Of a stretch of DNA of 37,644 nucleotides, positions 9,322 through 18,061 are shown piece by piece. Under the pieces are notes generated by a model, which had not been told where the DNA came from, searched no databases, and was given only the letters and a program-made list of their open reading frames with translations. The DNA is from Pseudomonadota bacterium (GTDB lineage Bacteria; Pseudomonadota; Gammaproteobacteria; Burkholderiales; SG8-39). Every line of letters starts with the position of its first letter. The first letter of the stretch is position 1. The position numbers and the translations under genes are program-made. The stretch spans positions 1-37,644 of the forward strand of contig JANNWA010000627.1 of the NCBI GenBank assembly GCA_031408275.1, read 5' to 3'.

Positions 9322-10401
9322 CTATGCGGCCCGGCCGCTTCTCTTCAAGATTTTTTCCACCTGCTGCCAGCCGAGCTCGGCCAGCAGCGGTGCCTTCGAT
9401 CCTGCCTCCACCGCATGCGCGCTCGCGGCGGTGCCGTCGAGCACGCGCTTGGCGATGCCCTGCGTGATCCCGGCGATGCGAAAGAGGTTGTATGCCATGT
9501 TGAAATCCCACGTGAAGGGATCGATGCCCGCGCGGCCCGTGCGCTTGCAGTACAGGTCGATGTACTGCTGCTCTGTCGGGATGCCGAGTTCCTCGTAGGG
9601 CAAGCCCGCGATCCCGCGGAACTTGCCCGCCGGGATGTGCCAGCTCATGCAATGGTACGAAAAATCCGCGATCGGGTGGCCGAGCGTGGACAGCTCCCAG
9701 TCGAGCACCGCGAGGATGCGCGGCTCGGTCGGGTGGAAGATGGTGTTGTCCAGGCGGAAGTCGCCGTGCACCACCGTGGTTTCGTCGCCCGGCGGGATGT
9801 TCTTCGGCAGCCAGGCGATGAGGTTGTCCATCGCCTCGATCTTCTGCGTCTCGGAGGCCTGGTACTGCTTGGTCCAGCGGCCGATCTGGCGCTCGAGGTA
9901 ATTGCCCGGCTTGCCGAATGTCTCGAGCCCCGCGGCCTTGTAGTCGATGGTGTGCAGTTGCGCCATGACGCGGTTCAATTCGTCCCAGATCCCCAAACGC
10001 TCCGCCTTCGTCATCCCGGGCAGGGCCTGGTCCCAGAGCACGCGGCCCTCGACGCAGTCCATGACGTAGAACGCCGTGCCGATCACGGCCTCGTCCTCGC
10101 ACAGCGCGTAGGTCCGCGGGGCCGGGAAGCCCGCCCCGTGCAGGGCCGTGATCACCCGGAATTCGCGGTCCACCGCGTGCGCCGAAGGCAGCAGCTTGCC
10201 GGGCGGCTTCTTGCGCAGCACGTAGTTCTTCCCGCCGGCGGAAAGGCGATAGGTCGGGTTCGACTGCCCGCCCTTGAACTGGGCCACTTCGAGCGCGCCC
10301 GAATAGTCCTCGACGTTCGCGCGCATGTACGCGTCGAGCCGCGCAGTATCGAGCCGGTGGCGCTCTTCGACCGGCTTGGTGCCGACGAACTGGTCAAACA
10401 T
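9322..10401 (-). CDS. Phosphotransferase (APH/choline-kinase-like) family protein, ACAD10/11 N-domain-like / LvaA-like
   Basis: 359 aa. Kinase catalytic loop VVHGDFRLDN and metal-binding VLDWELS. FKGGQSNPTY near the N-terminus is typical of this subgroup. Confidence 0.85.
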   Translation of the reverse strand: MFDQFVGTKPVEERHRLDTARLDAYMRANVEDYSGALEVAQFKGGQSNPTYRLSAGGKNYVLRKKPPGKLLPSAHAVDREFRVITALHGAGFPAPRTYALCEDEAVIGTAFYVMDCVEGRVLWDQALPGMTKAERLGIWDELNRVMAQLHTIDYKAAGLETFGKPGNYLERQIGRWTKQYQASETQKIEAMDNLIAWLPKNIPPGDETTVVHGDFRLDNTIFHPTEPRILAVLDWELSTLGHPIADFSYHCMSWHIPAGKFRGIAGLPYEELGIPTEQQYIDLYCKRTGRAGIDPFTWDFNMAYNLFRIAGITQGIAKRVLDGTAASAHAVEAGSKAPLLAELGWQQVEKILKRSGRAA

Positions 10402-10527
10402 GCTTTAGGGGGTGCGGGGGGAGGCCCGCAGGCGTGTAATTGTTGTGCGGAAAGCTTACGCCGTTTCGCCCTGCGTTGCCAACGCGGTTCGCTGCGGGCG
10501 CCCCCGACCCGCTAGAATCCTGCGGCG

Positions 10528-12081
10528 ATGAAAATAATCTCCTATGCCGAAGCCGCCTCGCTGGTCGAGGACGGCTGGACGGTGTCCACCTCCGGGTTCA
10601 CCGGGTCCGGGCACCCCGAAGGCCTGTCCACCGCGATCGAGAAGCGCTTTCTCGAAACCGGTCGCCCGCGCGACCTGACCCTGCTCTACGCGGCGGGCCA
10701 GGGTGACCGCGCCACGCGCGGCACCGGCCGCTTCGGCCACGAGGGCATGGTCAGGCGCATTATCGGCGGACACTGGGGCGCCGCGCCACGCCTGGGTGCG
10801 CTGGCCGTGGCGAACAAGGTCGAAGCCTACAACTGGCCCCAGGGCGTCATGGCACAGATGTTCCGCGCCATCGCGGGCAGGAAACCCGGCGTAATTTCCC
10901 AGATCGGGCTGCACACCTTCGTCGATCCGCGCTACGACGGCGGGAAACTGAACGCGCGCACGACCGAGGAACTGGTCGAACTGATCATGCTGCGCGGGCA
11001 GGAATGCCTCTTCTATCCCGCGTTTCCGCTTCATTGCGCGATCCTGCGCGGGACCTCTAGCGATCCGGACGGCAACATCAGCATGGAGCACGAGGTGTTC
11101 TTCAACGACGTGCTGTCGCTCGCGCAGGCCGCGCGCAACTCCGGCGGCATCGTGATCGTGCAGGTGAAACGGATGGTGGGCAAACACTCGATCCACCCGC
11201 ACCTCGTGCGCATCCCCGGCATCCTCGTGGATTACGTGTGCGTGGCCGAGCATCCCGAGGACCACTGGCAGACCTACGGCGAGGACTACAACCCGGCCTA
11301 CACAGGGGACCGGCGCGAGGAGCCGCACGAGGTGAAAATCCTGCCGCTGGAACTGCGCAAGGTCGTGCAGCGCCGCGCCATGTTCGAACTGCTCAAATGG
11401 AAGCGGCCGATCGTGAACCTCGGCACCGGCATGCCCGCGGGCGTGGGCCAGGTCGCACGCGAGGAAGGCCTGTCGGATTTCGTGATGACCGTGGAGTCGG
11501 GCCCCATCGGCGGGACGCCTGCGCAGCCGCCCTCGTTCGGCGCCTCGGCCAATCCCGACGCGATCGTCACGCACGCGGAGCAGTTCGATTTCTACGACGG
11601 CGGGGGCCTCGACATCGCGTTCCTGGGCCTCGCCGAAATGGACCTGCACGGCAACGTGAACGTCTCCAAGTTCGGCGACCGGGTAGCCGGCGTGGGCGGC
11701 TTCATCAACATCACCCAGACCGCCAGGGAAGTGGTGTTCATGGGCTCGCTCACCGCCAAGGGGGTGCACGTGAAGGCCGCCGACGGGAAGCTGGCCATAC
11801 TTAAGGAAGGCACGGTAAAGAAGGTCGTGCACAAGGTGGAGCACCTGTCCTTCAACGGCCCCTACACGGTCGGCAAGGGCACCAAAGTCCTGTACGTGAC
11901 CGAGCGCGCGGTGTTCGACTTGCGCGACGGCCGGCTCACGCTCGTAGAAATAGCGCCGGGAATCGACCTACAGCGCGACGTGCTGGACCAGCTCGCCGCG
12001 CCGATCCCCGTGGCGAAAGACCTCAAGCTGATGGACGAACGCATTTTCCGGGACGCACCCATGCTCAAGGAGGCTTCATGA
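10528..12081 (+). CDS. Acyl-CoA:carboxylate CoA-transferase (family I, fused alpha/beta, YdiF-like)
   Basis: 517 aa. N-terminus MKIISYAEAASLVEDGWTVSTSGFTGSGHPE and the catalytic-Glu region MTVESGPIGG. Confidence 0.85.
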   Translation: MKIISYAEAASLVEDGWTVSTSGFTGSGHPEGLSTAIEKRFLETGRPRDLTLLYAAGQGDRATRGTGRFGHEGMVRRIIGGHWGAAPRLGALAVANKVEAYNWPQGVMAQMFRAIAGRKPGVISQIGLHTFVDPRYDGGKLNARTTEELVELIMLRGQECLFYPAFPLHCAILRGTSSDPDGNISMEHEVFFNDVLSLAQAARNSGGIVIVQVKRMVGKHSIHPHLVRIPGILVDYVCVAEHPEDHWQTYGEDYNPAYTGDRREEPHEVKILPLELRKVVQRRAMFELLKWKRPIVNLGTGMPAGVGQVAREEGLSDFVMTVESGPIGGTPAQPPSFGASANPDAIVTHAEQFDFYDGGGLDIAFLGLAEMDLHGNVNVSKFGDRVAGVGGFINITQTAREVVFMGSLTAKGVHVKAADGKLAILKEGTVKKVVHKVEHLSFNGPYTVGKGTKVLYVTERAVFDLRDGRLTLVEIAPGIDLQRDVLDQLAAPIPVAKDLKLMDERIFRDAPMLKEAS

Positions 12082-12485
12082 AGGCGATGACGACGGCAGC
12101 ATCAACGAAGCGCGCAAAAGGGTTCACGGTCAGCCACGCGGCCGATTCGAAGTTCGTCAGGCGCGGCCTGCGGGCTTATTTCGAATACCGCGACCTTGGC
12201 ATAGAAAAGGCATCGAAAGGCAAGGTGGTCGCGCACACGATCCGCGCGCGCCCAGGCAAGTCGCCTGAAGGCGAATGGCACCGCCACGATTGCAACCTGC
12301 AGTTCGTCTACGTGCTCAAGGGATGGATCCGGTTTGAATACGAGGGCGTGGGCGTGGTCACCATGAAGAAAGGCACCTGCTTCCAGCAGCCGCCGAACAT
12401 CCGCCACCGGGAGCTCGCTCATTCGAAGGACGTGGAGATGCTCGAAATCGTCGCGCCGGCCGACTTCACCACACATGAGACCTAA
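12078..12485 (+). CDS. Cupin domain protein
   Basis: 135 aa. The ATG overlaps the CoA-transferase stop (ATGA). Cupin-like GEWHRH.......FVYVLKGW and PPNIRHRE motifs. Confidence 0.65.
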   Translation: MKAMTTAASTKRAKGFTVSHAADSKFVRRGLRAYFEYRDLGIEKASKGKVVAHTIRARPGKSPEGEWHRHDCNLQFVYVLKGWIRFEYEGVGVVTMKKGTCFQQPPNIRHRELAHSKDVEMLEIVAPADFTTHET

Positions 12486-12934
12486 GGAACTGCGGGCTTC
12501 ACCTGCAGCCAGAAGGTGACCGGCCCGTCGTTCAGCAGCGAAACCTTCATGTCGGCGCCGAAGCGCCCGGTTTCCACCGTCGGGTGCTGCGCAAGGGCCA
12601 GCGCAACAAGAAAATCGAACAGCCGCTCGCCCTCGTCCGGCGGCGCCGCTGACGAAAAGCTCGGCCGGGTGCCCTTGTGAGTGTCGGCCGCCAGCGTGAA
12701 CTGCGGCACCAGCAGCAGGCCGCCGGCCGTGTCGGCCAGCGAGCGGTTCATCTTCCCGTCGGAGTCCGCGAAGATCCGATAGCCGAGCACGCGCTCCAGA
12801 AGCCTGCGGGCCTGGCTTTCAGTGTCGCCCTTCTCCACCCCGACCAGTGCGAGGATGCCCGGCCCGATCTCACCGGTGACGGCGCCATCGACCACCACCC
12901 GCGCCTCGGAAACACGCTGGACGAGGGCGATCAC
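12482..12934 (-). CDS. dtd: D-aminoacyl-tRNA deacylase
   Basis: GTG start at 12934 gives [17 protein letters not shown]... Motifs [16 protein letters not shown] and [10 protein letters not shown] (NxGPVT). The longer ORF-track N-terminus is Arg/His/Pro-rich and implausible. Confidence 0.85.
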   Translation of the reverse strand: MIALVQRVSEARVVVDGAVTGEIGPGILALVGVEKGDTESQARRLLERVLGYRIFADSDGKMNRSLADTAGGLLLVPQFTLAADTHKGTRPSFSSAAPPDEGERLFDFLVALALAQHPTVETGRFGADMKVSLLNDGPVTFWLQVKPAVP

Positions 12935-13152
12935 GCGAGGATGTCGGGGATCAGCCGGTCGCGCAGCCGCGCGATGGTGTCCTTGAGGAACAACTTTCGT
13001 TTTTTGAGCCGGCGCAGTTGCAGCTGGTCCTGCGTCACATGCAGGCCCAGGCGGTCGATGATGTCGTTGAGGTCGCCGTGCTCGATCTCGAGCTCGCGAA
13101 TGCGTTGCTCGATCTCGATGCGTTCTTCGTCGGTGAGCGCGATGTTGCCCAT
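12931..13152 (-). CDS. DUF465 (YdcH-like) small coiled-coil protein
   Basis: The internal ATG at 13152 gives 73 aa: [32 protein letters not shown]...[12 protein letters not shown]. This is typical of DUF465. The stop overlaps the dtd GTG start (GTGA). Confidence 0.7.
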   Translation of the reverse strand: MGNIALTDEERIEIEQRIRELEIEHGDLNDIIDRLGLHVTQDQLQLRRLKKRKLFLKDTIARLRDRLIPDILA

Positions 13153-13186
13153 AACCGCCCATCGTAGCCGGAGTGGGCGGGCCGCG

Positions 13187-14173
13187 CTAGAGCGTGGGCT
13201 TGGCGCGAAAGTATTCCACGCGGTCGATCGAACGCACGTTGATGTCGCGGATCTGCGTGCCCTGCAGCACACGCAGCGGCACCTCGACGCCGGCGGTGCC
13301 ACGCGCCCAGACTTTCCTGTAGAACTCCGCCAGGGACGCGACCTCCTCGCCGCCCACGCCGACCAGGATGTCGCCGCGATTCAGGCCGGCGCGCGCAGCC
13401 GGGCCGTCCGGAGAGAGGCGCGAAACGAAAAGGCGCCCGCGAAACTCCTCCGTCGACATTCCCAGCCACGGCCGCACCGGGCCGGCGCGGCCCTTCTCGA
13501 TCAGGTCGTTGAGGATCGGCTTGATCAAGTCCACCGGCACGAACATGTTTCCCGGCGACTGCGTGCCCGGGCTCATCGCATCGGCGACGACCAGCGAGCC
13601 GATCCCGAGCAGGTCGCCCTTGGGGCCGATCAGCGCGGCGCCCGACCAGTTCATCACCGGCGGGTAGGTGAAGATGGCCGATTCGAGGAGATACTCCCAG
13701 CTGCCCGTGAACTGGCGGCGGGACACGACGTAGGCAAGGCTGACGCCTTCGCGCCCGCCGTGCGAGGCCACCATCACCGGATCGCGTTCGGCCAGGTCCT
13801 TCGCGTCGCCGAGCGGGATCGGCTTCGCGTCGATCGGCGCCACCAGCCTGAGCACGCCGAAACCGCTCGCGTGGTCGTAGCCCGCCAGTGTCGCGGGCAC
13901 GGCCCTGCCGTCGCCTGAAATCACCTCGATGCCTTCGGCTTCGATCACCAGGTAGCCGATCGTGAGCACGTAGTTGTCGCGGATCAGTACGCCGTTGCCC
14001 TCGCGCTGCGTACCCAGCGTTTCGGCCGAGCGCGCGTTCGGCAGGATGCGGGCCTTGACGCGGACCACGGCCGACAGGGTCTCGGGCACATCTTCCCGGG
14101 GCTTGTCCTGCGCGCGGGCAGGCGCCACCGACAGGATCACCACACAAAACAACAGTCGCAGCACAGCATTCAC
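13187..14173 (-). CDS. Secreted S1C (DegP/HtrA-like) trypsin-fold protein with C-terminal PDZ domain; catalytic His not evident
   Basis: 328 aa, GTG start preceded by GGAGG. Signal peptide MNAVLRLLFCVVILSVAPARA. Protease-fold blocks GNGVLIRDNYVLTIGYLV, GFGVLRL and NWSGAALIGPKGDLLGIGS. PDZ-like block GLNRGDILVGVGGEEV. Confidence 0.75.
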   Translation of the reverse strand: MNAVLRLLFCVVILSVAPARAQDKPREDVPETLSAVVRVKARILPNARSAETLGTQREGNGVLIRDNYVLTIGYLVIEAEGIEVISGDGRAVPATLAGYDHASGFGVLRLVAPIDAKPIPLGDAKDLAERDPVMVASHGGREGVSLAYVVSRRQFTGSWEYLLESAIFTYPPVMNWSGAALIGPKGDLLGIGSLVVADAMSPGTQSPGNMFVPVDLIKPILNDLIEKGRAGPVRPWLGMSTEEFRGRLFVSRLSPDGPAARAGLNRGDILVGVGGEEVASLAEFYRKVWARGTAGVEVPLRVLQGTQIRDINVRSIDRVEYFRAKPTL

Positions 14174-14366
14174 GGGAACCTCCGCATCGCGGGGAAGGGC
14201 TTACCGGCAACTGTAGACCTGCGGGGGCGCGATTGCCAGCGCCGCAGCGCGCACTGCGGGTTCGGCCGCCGGTTTGAGCCAGGTCAAGGTCCGGACGCGG
14301 CGACCGAATACGATTTGAGGTGACGGTCGCACCCGCAATGTGCGCCCCCACCGTTTTGGAGACGGC

Positions 14367-15161
14367 ATGGCTCCGGGCACCGCAGCTCCCGCTGCGCAAC
14401 GCGTCACCCTGTGGCAGTTCGTGCTGCTGGTGCTGTCGGTGTTCGTGCTGGGGTCGCTGGTTGCCGAGACCATCCTCGAGCTTCCTGAGTCCGTCGCGAC
14501 CCTCCTCCAGTGGACAGACACCGCGATCTGCGTTGTGTTCCTCGGGGATTTCTTCTACAACGTCGCCACCGCGCCGAGCAGGCTCGCCTACCTCAAATGG
14601 GGATGGATCGACCTGGTGTCGAGCATCCCCAACCTCGACCTGCTGCGCTGGGGGCGCCTGGTCCGCATGGTGCGCATCCTGCGCATCCTGCGCGCGGTGC
14701 GTTCGGTGCGCACCGTGTTCAAGCTGCTGTTCGCCAATCGCGCGGCCGGCGTATTCGTGACGACCGCCGTCGCCACATTCCTGGTGGTCGCCTTTTCGTC
14801 GATCGGGATCCTCAACCTGGAAGACGTGCCCGACGCCAATATCCGCACGGCCGGGGACGCGCTGTGGTGGTCGTTCGAGATGCTGAGCAGCCAGAGTTCC
14901 TCGCGCAATTATCCGGTGACCACGGGCGGCCGTGTCCTCGCCGTCGGTCTGATGTTCGCCGGGGCCGGCGTGTTCGGCGCCTTCATTGCGATAGTGTCCT
15001 CGCTGATCATGGGCGAGGAGGAACAGAAGATCGAGGGCAAGGAAGACGAAATACTTTCAGAACTGCGCCAACTGCGCGCGCGCGTCGACGCGCTCGGCGC
15101 TCGGATCGACTCCCCCGCGCAGGGAGAGAAGAAAGTCAGGCCTCCGACCACCAGCCGGTGA
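14367..15161 (+). CDS. Voltage-gated ion channel superfamily protein (6-TM, S4 Arg repeat, non-canonical pore)
   Basis: ATG at 14367 follows GGAGA (an alternative GTG lies at 14340). S4-like segment RLVRMVRILRILRAVRSVR has Arg at every third position. Pore helix DALWWSFEML is followed by SSQSSSRNYPVTTGGR. C-terminal coiled coil. Confidence 0.75.
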   Translation: MAPGTAAPAAQRVTLWQFVLLVLSVFVLGSLVAETILELPESVATLLQWTDTAICVVFLGDFFYNVATAPSRLAYLKWGWIDLVSSIPNLDLLRWGRLVRMVRILRILRAVRSVRTVFKLLFANRAAGVFVTTAVATFLVVAFSSIGILNLEDVPDANIRTAGDALWWSFEMLSSQSSSRNYPVTTGGRVLAVGLMFAGAGVFGAFIAIVSSLIMGEEEQKIEGKEDEILSELRQLRARVDALGARIDSPAQGEKKVRPPTTSR

Positions 15162-15193
15162 TCGTTGAACTATCATGAAGCCTGGCCCGACGA

Positions 15194-15703
15194 TCAGGCG
15201 GTGACGACCTTGCGCGCGGCCCCGAACCGCGCGCGGATCGACTCGATGCGCATCCGATTGACCCCGAAATCCCTGCGCCCGAGGCGGGATGCCGAACGCA
15301 CGTGGATCACGCCTTCCTTTTCGGAGGCGTAGAACTCGACGTCGTCGACGAAGCCCATGAGCTTCGAGGTGAACTCGGCATAAAGGTAGTTCCCCTCGTG
15401 CTTCACCACGAGGGTGCGCCCGGTGCCCTCGACGACCTTGCGCAGGGCGGCGATCGCATCTGCCGGGCTGCCGCTGAAACCGATGGGCGCAATGTAGTGC
15501 TCCGCATCCGAGGGGTCTGCCTGGCTCGAGACGCAGTTCGGGGATTTCTTAGGCGCGGCGAGCCGGCCTTCGGTGACGCCGAGGTTGGTGGGGCGATTGC
15601 CTGCGAACATGGTTTCCCCCGTTGAGAGCGCGGTGTGCAGGGCAATGCCTGCGAGCGCTCCGGCGAGAACGAGGCCGAACCCGGGCAGGAGTCTTTTCAG
15701 CAT
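15194..15703 (-). CDS. DUF1499 family protein (N-terminal membrane anchor)
   Basis: The internal ATG at 15703 gives MLKRLLPGFGLVLAGALAGIAL... Motifs SPNCVSSQ, YLYAEF.S.LMGFVDDVEF and VRSASRLGRRDFGVNR.R.E are typical of DUF1499. Confidence 0.6.
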   Translation of the reverse strand: MLKRLLPGFGLVLAGALAGIALHTALSTGETMFAGNRPTNLGVTEGRLAAPKKSPNCVSSQADPSDAEHYIAPIGFSGSPADAIAALRKVVEGTGRTLVVKHEGNYLYAEFTSKLMGFVDDVEFYASEKEGVIHVRSASRLGRRDFGVNRMRIESIRARFGAARKVVTA

Positions 15704-15780
15704 TCGGGCGCGGCCATCCGGGGCGAATACGGCGATGTTACCATCGACGAAATTTCCGGAACCACCACGGGAGGATCGCC

Positions 15781-16137
15781 ATGCTGCAAATCTCCGCACA
15801 ACAACTCGCAGAATTGCTCTCGGGAATCGCCCGTGCGCAAAATGCAGTCATGAACGGCATCGACAGCGCGATGGCGGGCATCAAGAGCCAGCACATCCTT
15901 CCCGCCCTGAACAACGCTGCGCACCTGCGCGACCGCCCGGACCCGCAACTGGTGGACCTGCCGGTTCGGATCCTGATGTCCTACCAGAGCCGGGTCGGCC
16001 CGGACATTGCCGGGATCGCGCGCGACCTCGAGCGCCTGTGCGCCGCATCCGGCACCGCACCGGCGCCCGCCGCGACTCCGCCGGCCGCGGACGCCGGCGG
16101 CGGCCTCGACTTCAGCGACCTGACGCCCAAAGCCTAA
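15781..16137 (+). CDS. Hypothetical protein (helical N-part, Pro/Ala-rich tail)
   Basis: ATG at 15781 is preceded by GGGAGGA. 118 aa with GC3-rich codon usage. I recognise no family. Confidence 0.45.
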   Translation: MLQISAQQLAELLSGIARAQNAVMNGIDSAMAGIKSQHILPALNNAAHLRDRPDPQLVDLPVRILMSYQSRVGPDIAGIARDLERLCAASGTAPAPAATPPAADAGGGLDFSDLTPKA

Positions 16138-16940
16138 CCCGCCGTTCCGTCCGGGAAGTTGGGTTTGCGCTTCTCGCGGTGGGAGGCGATCCCCTCCCGA
16201 ACCTCCGGTCCCGCGAACCCCAGGAATTCCAGCGCCAGCGACGCATCGAACGTGGGCCCCGCCATGCGCAGCCAGTTGTTCAGGCTGTACTTGGTCCAGC
16301 GCAACGCGCTCTGCGCGCCGCCCGCGAGCGTCCGCGCGACCTCAAGCGCCATCGCCTTGAGTTCCGCCACCTCGCAGCAGACCCACACGAGGCCGATGCG
16401 CTCGGCCTCCTCGCCGCTCACCTGCTCGCACGTGAGCAGGAAGTACTTCGCCTTCGCCATCCCGCACAGGAGCGGCCAGACGATCGCGGCGTGGTCCCCG
16501 GCCGCGACCCCCAGCCGCGTATGCCCATCGATGATGCGCGCGTTCTTCGCCGCGATCGAGATGTCCGCGAGCAGCCCGACCACCAACCCGGCGCCGACCG
16601 CCGGCCCGTGCATCGCCGAAACTATGATCTTCGAGCAGTTGATGACGTTGTAGACGATGTCGCGCGCCTCCCGCCAGACGCGCTGGCGCACGGCGGGATC
16701 GTCCGCGATGTCCTGCACGAGCGACAGGTCGCCGCCCGCCGAGAATCCGCGGCCGGCGCCACGGATGATGGCGACGCGCGTGTCCGGGTCGCGGTCGATG
16801 TCGCGCCAGATATCGGCGAGCTCCCCGTGCATGCGGTGGCCCGCGGTCGAGAGCTTGCCGTCCTCGCTGCCCATCACGATCTCCAGGATCCCCGGCTCGA
16901 TCATGCGGACGTTCAGGTCCTTGTAGTGCGAATAATCCAT
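16134..16940 (-). CDS. Enoyl-CoA hydratase/isomerase family protein
   Basis: The internal ATG at 16940 is preceded by GGAGGAAG. Motifs RGFSAGGDL and [10 protein letters not shown]; C-terminus [14 protein letters not shown]. Confidence 0.85.
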   Translation of the reverse strand: MDYSHYKDLNVRMIEPGILEIVMGSEDGKLSTAGHRMHGELADIWRDIDRDPDTRVAIIRGAGRGFSAGGDLSLVQDIADDPAVRQRVWREARDIVYNVINCSKIIVSAMHGPAVGAGLVVGLLADISIAAKNARIIDGHTRLGVAAGDHAAIVWPLLCGMAKAKYFLLTCEQVSGEEAERIGLVWVCCEVAELKAMALEVARTLAGGAQSALRWTKYSLNNWLRMAGPTFDASLALEFLGFAGPEVREGIASHREKRKPNFPDGTAG

Positions 16941-17011
16941 GACGCTTCCTCCACGTTGGTGCGCGGATTGTACGCCGCCGACGCGCATGCCCATCCCTTA
17001 CAATATCGACC

Positions 17012-17989
17012 ATGAACCCAACCGATTTCGGCCCGCTGCTGGTTTCCTACGACGACGTGGCCGGCGCGGCGCAGCGCATTGCCGGCCACGCCCGCCGCAC
17101 ACCCGTGCTCACCTCGACCACCGTGGACGAGCGCACCGGCGCGCAGGTGTTTTTCAAGTGCGAGAACTTCCAGCGCATGGGGGCGTTCAAGTTCCGGGGA
17201 GCGTACAACGCGCTGTCATTGCTTTCCCCCTCGGAGAGGCAGCGCGGCGTGCTGGCCTACTCCTCAGGCAACCACGCGCAGGCAGTCGCGCTCGCCGGCC
17301 GGATGCTGGGCGTAAAGCCGGTGATCGTCATGCCCCTGGACGCGCCGCCCGTCAAAGTCGAGGCGACGCGCGGCTACGGCGCGGAAGTGGTGCTCTACGA
17401 CAAGCACAAGGTGGATCGCGAGGCCTTTGCCCGCGACCTCGCGGCCCAGCGCGGCCTGGCGGTCATCCCGCCCTTCGACCATCCGCACGTCGTGGCCGGC
17501 CAGGGCACCGCCACCAAGGAACTCATCGAAGAAGCCGGCAAGCTCGACTACCTTCTCGTCTGTTGCGGGGGCGGCGGACTGCTCTCGGGCTGCGCCATCG
17601 CCGCGCATGCGCTCTCCCCGGACTGCAAGACCATCGGCGTGGAGCCCGCGCTCGGCGACGACGCGACGCGCTCCTTCAAGACGCGGACCCTGCAAAGCTG
17701 CCACAACCCCGAGACGATTGCGGACGGCGCGCGCACCCATTCGATGGGCAAGGTCACCTTCCCGCTTGTCATGCATTACGTAAACGACATGCTCACAGTC
17801 GACGACACGGAACTCCTGCGGACGATGTTCTGGCTCTGGGAGCGCATGAAGATCGTGGTCGAGCCCACCGGCGCGCTGGCCGCCGCCGCCCTGCTGGAAG
17901 GCAAGCTGGTCGCGCCAGGCGCCCGCGTGGGCGTCATCATCTCCGGCGGGAACGTCGACCTGCACTGGGCCGCGCAGCAGTTGCGCTGA
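17012..17989 (+). CDS. PLP-dependent threonine/serine dehydratase family (serine racemase / threo-3-hydroxyaspartate ammonia-lyase-like)
   Basis: 325 aa. PLP-Lys motif CENFQRMGAFKFRGA, SSGNHAQAVA, and Gly-rich loop CCGGGGLLSG. Confidence 0.85.
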   Translation: MNPTDFGPLLVSYDDVAGAAQRIAGHARRTPVLTSTTVDERTGAQVFFKCENFQRMGAFKFRGAYNALSLLSPSERQRGVLAYSSGNHAQAVALAGRMLGVKPVIVMPLDAPPVKVEATRGYGAEVVLYDKHKVDREAFARDLAAQRGLAVIPPFDHPHVVAGQGTATKELIEEAGKLDYLLVCCGGGGLLSGCAIAAHALSPDCKTIGVEPALGDDATRSFKTRTLQSCHNPETIADGARTHSMGKVTFPLVMHYVNDMLTVDDTELLRTMFWLWERMKIVVEPTGALAAAALLEGKLVAPGARVGVIISGGNVDLHWAAQQLR

Positions 17990-18061
17990 AGCGTTTCGCA
18001 CCCCCGGTCGCTGCGCTATCATCCGCCGCCTCCTCACCCTTTTTCCCATGGAAAACCCCCA

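Noticed and set aside
10456-11844. 462-aa minus-strand ORF
   Set aside because: It is antisense to the CoA-transferase gene, which has clear family motifs. Shadow ORF.
12677-14399. 413-aa plus-strand and 454-aa minus-strand ORFs over the protease/DUF465 region
   Set aside because: They are alternative frames of the S1C/PDZ gene, with low-complexity Arg/Gly-rich translations.
15573-17015. 480-aa plus-strand ORF
   Set aside because: Outside 15781-16137 it is antisense to the enoyl-CoA hydratase, and its frame differs from that of the SD-preceded 118-aa ORF. Arg/Pro-rich.
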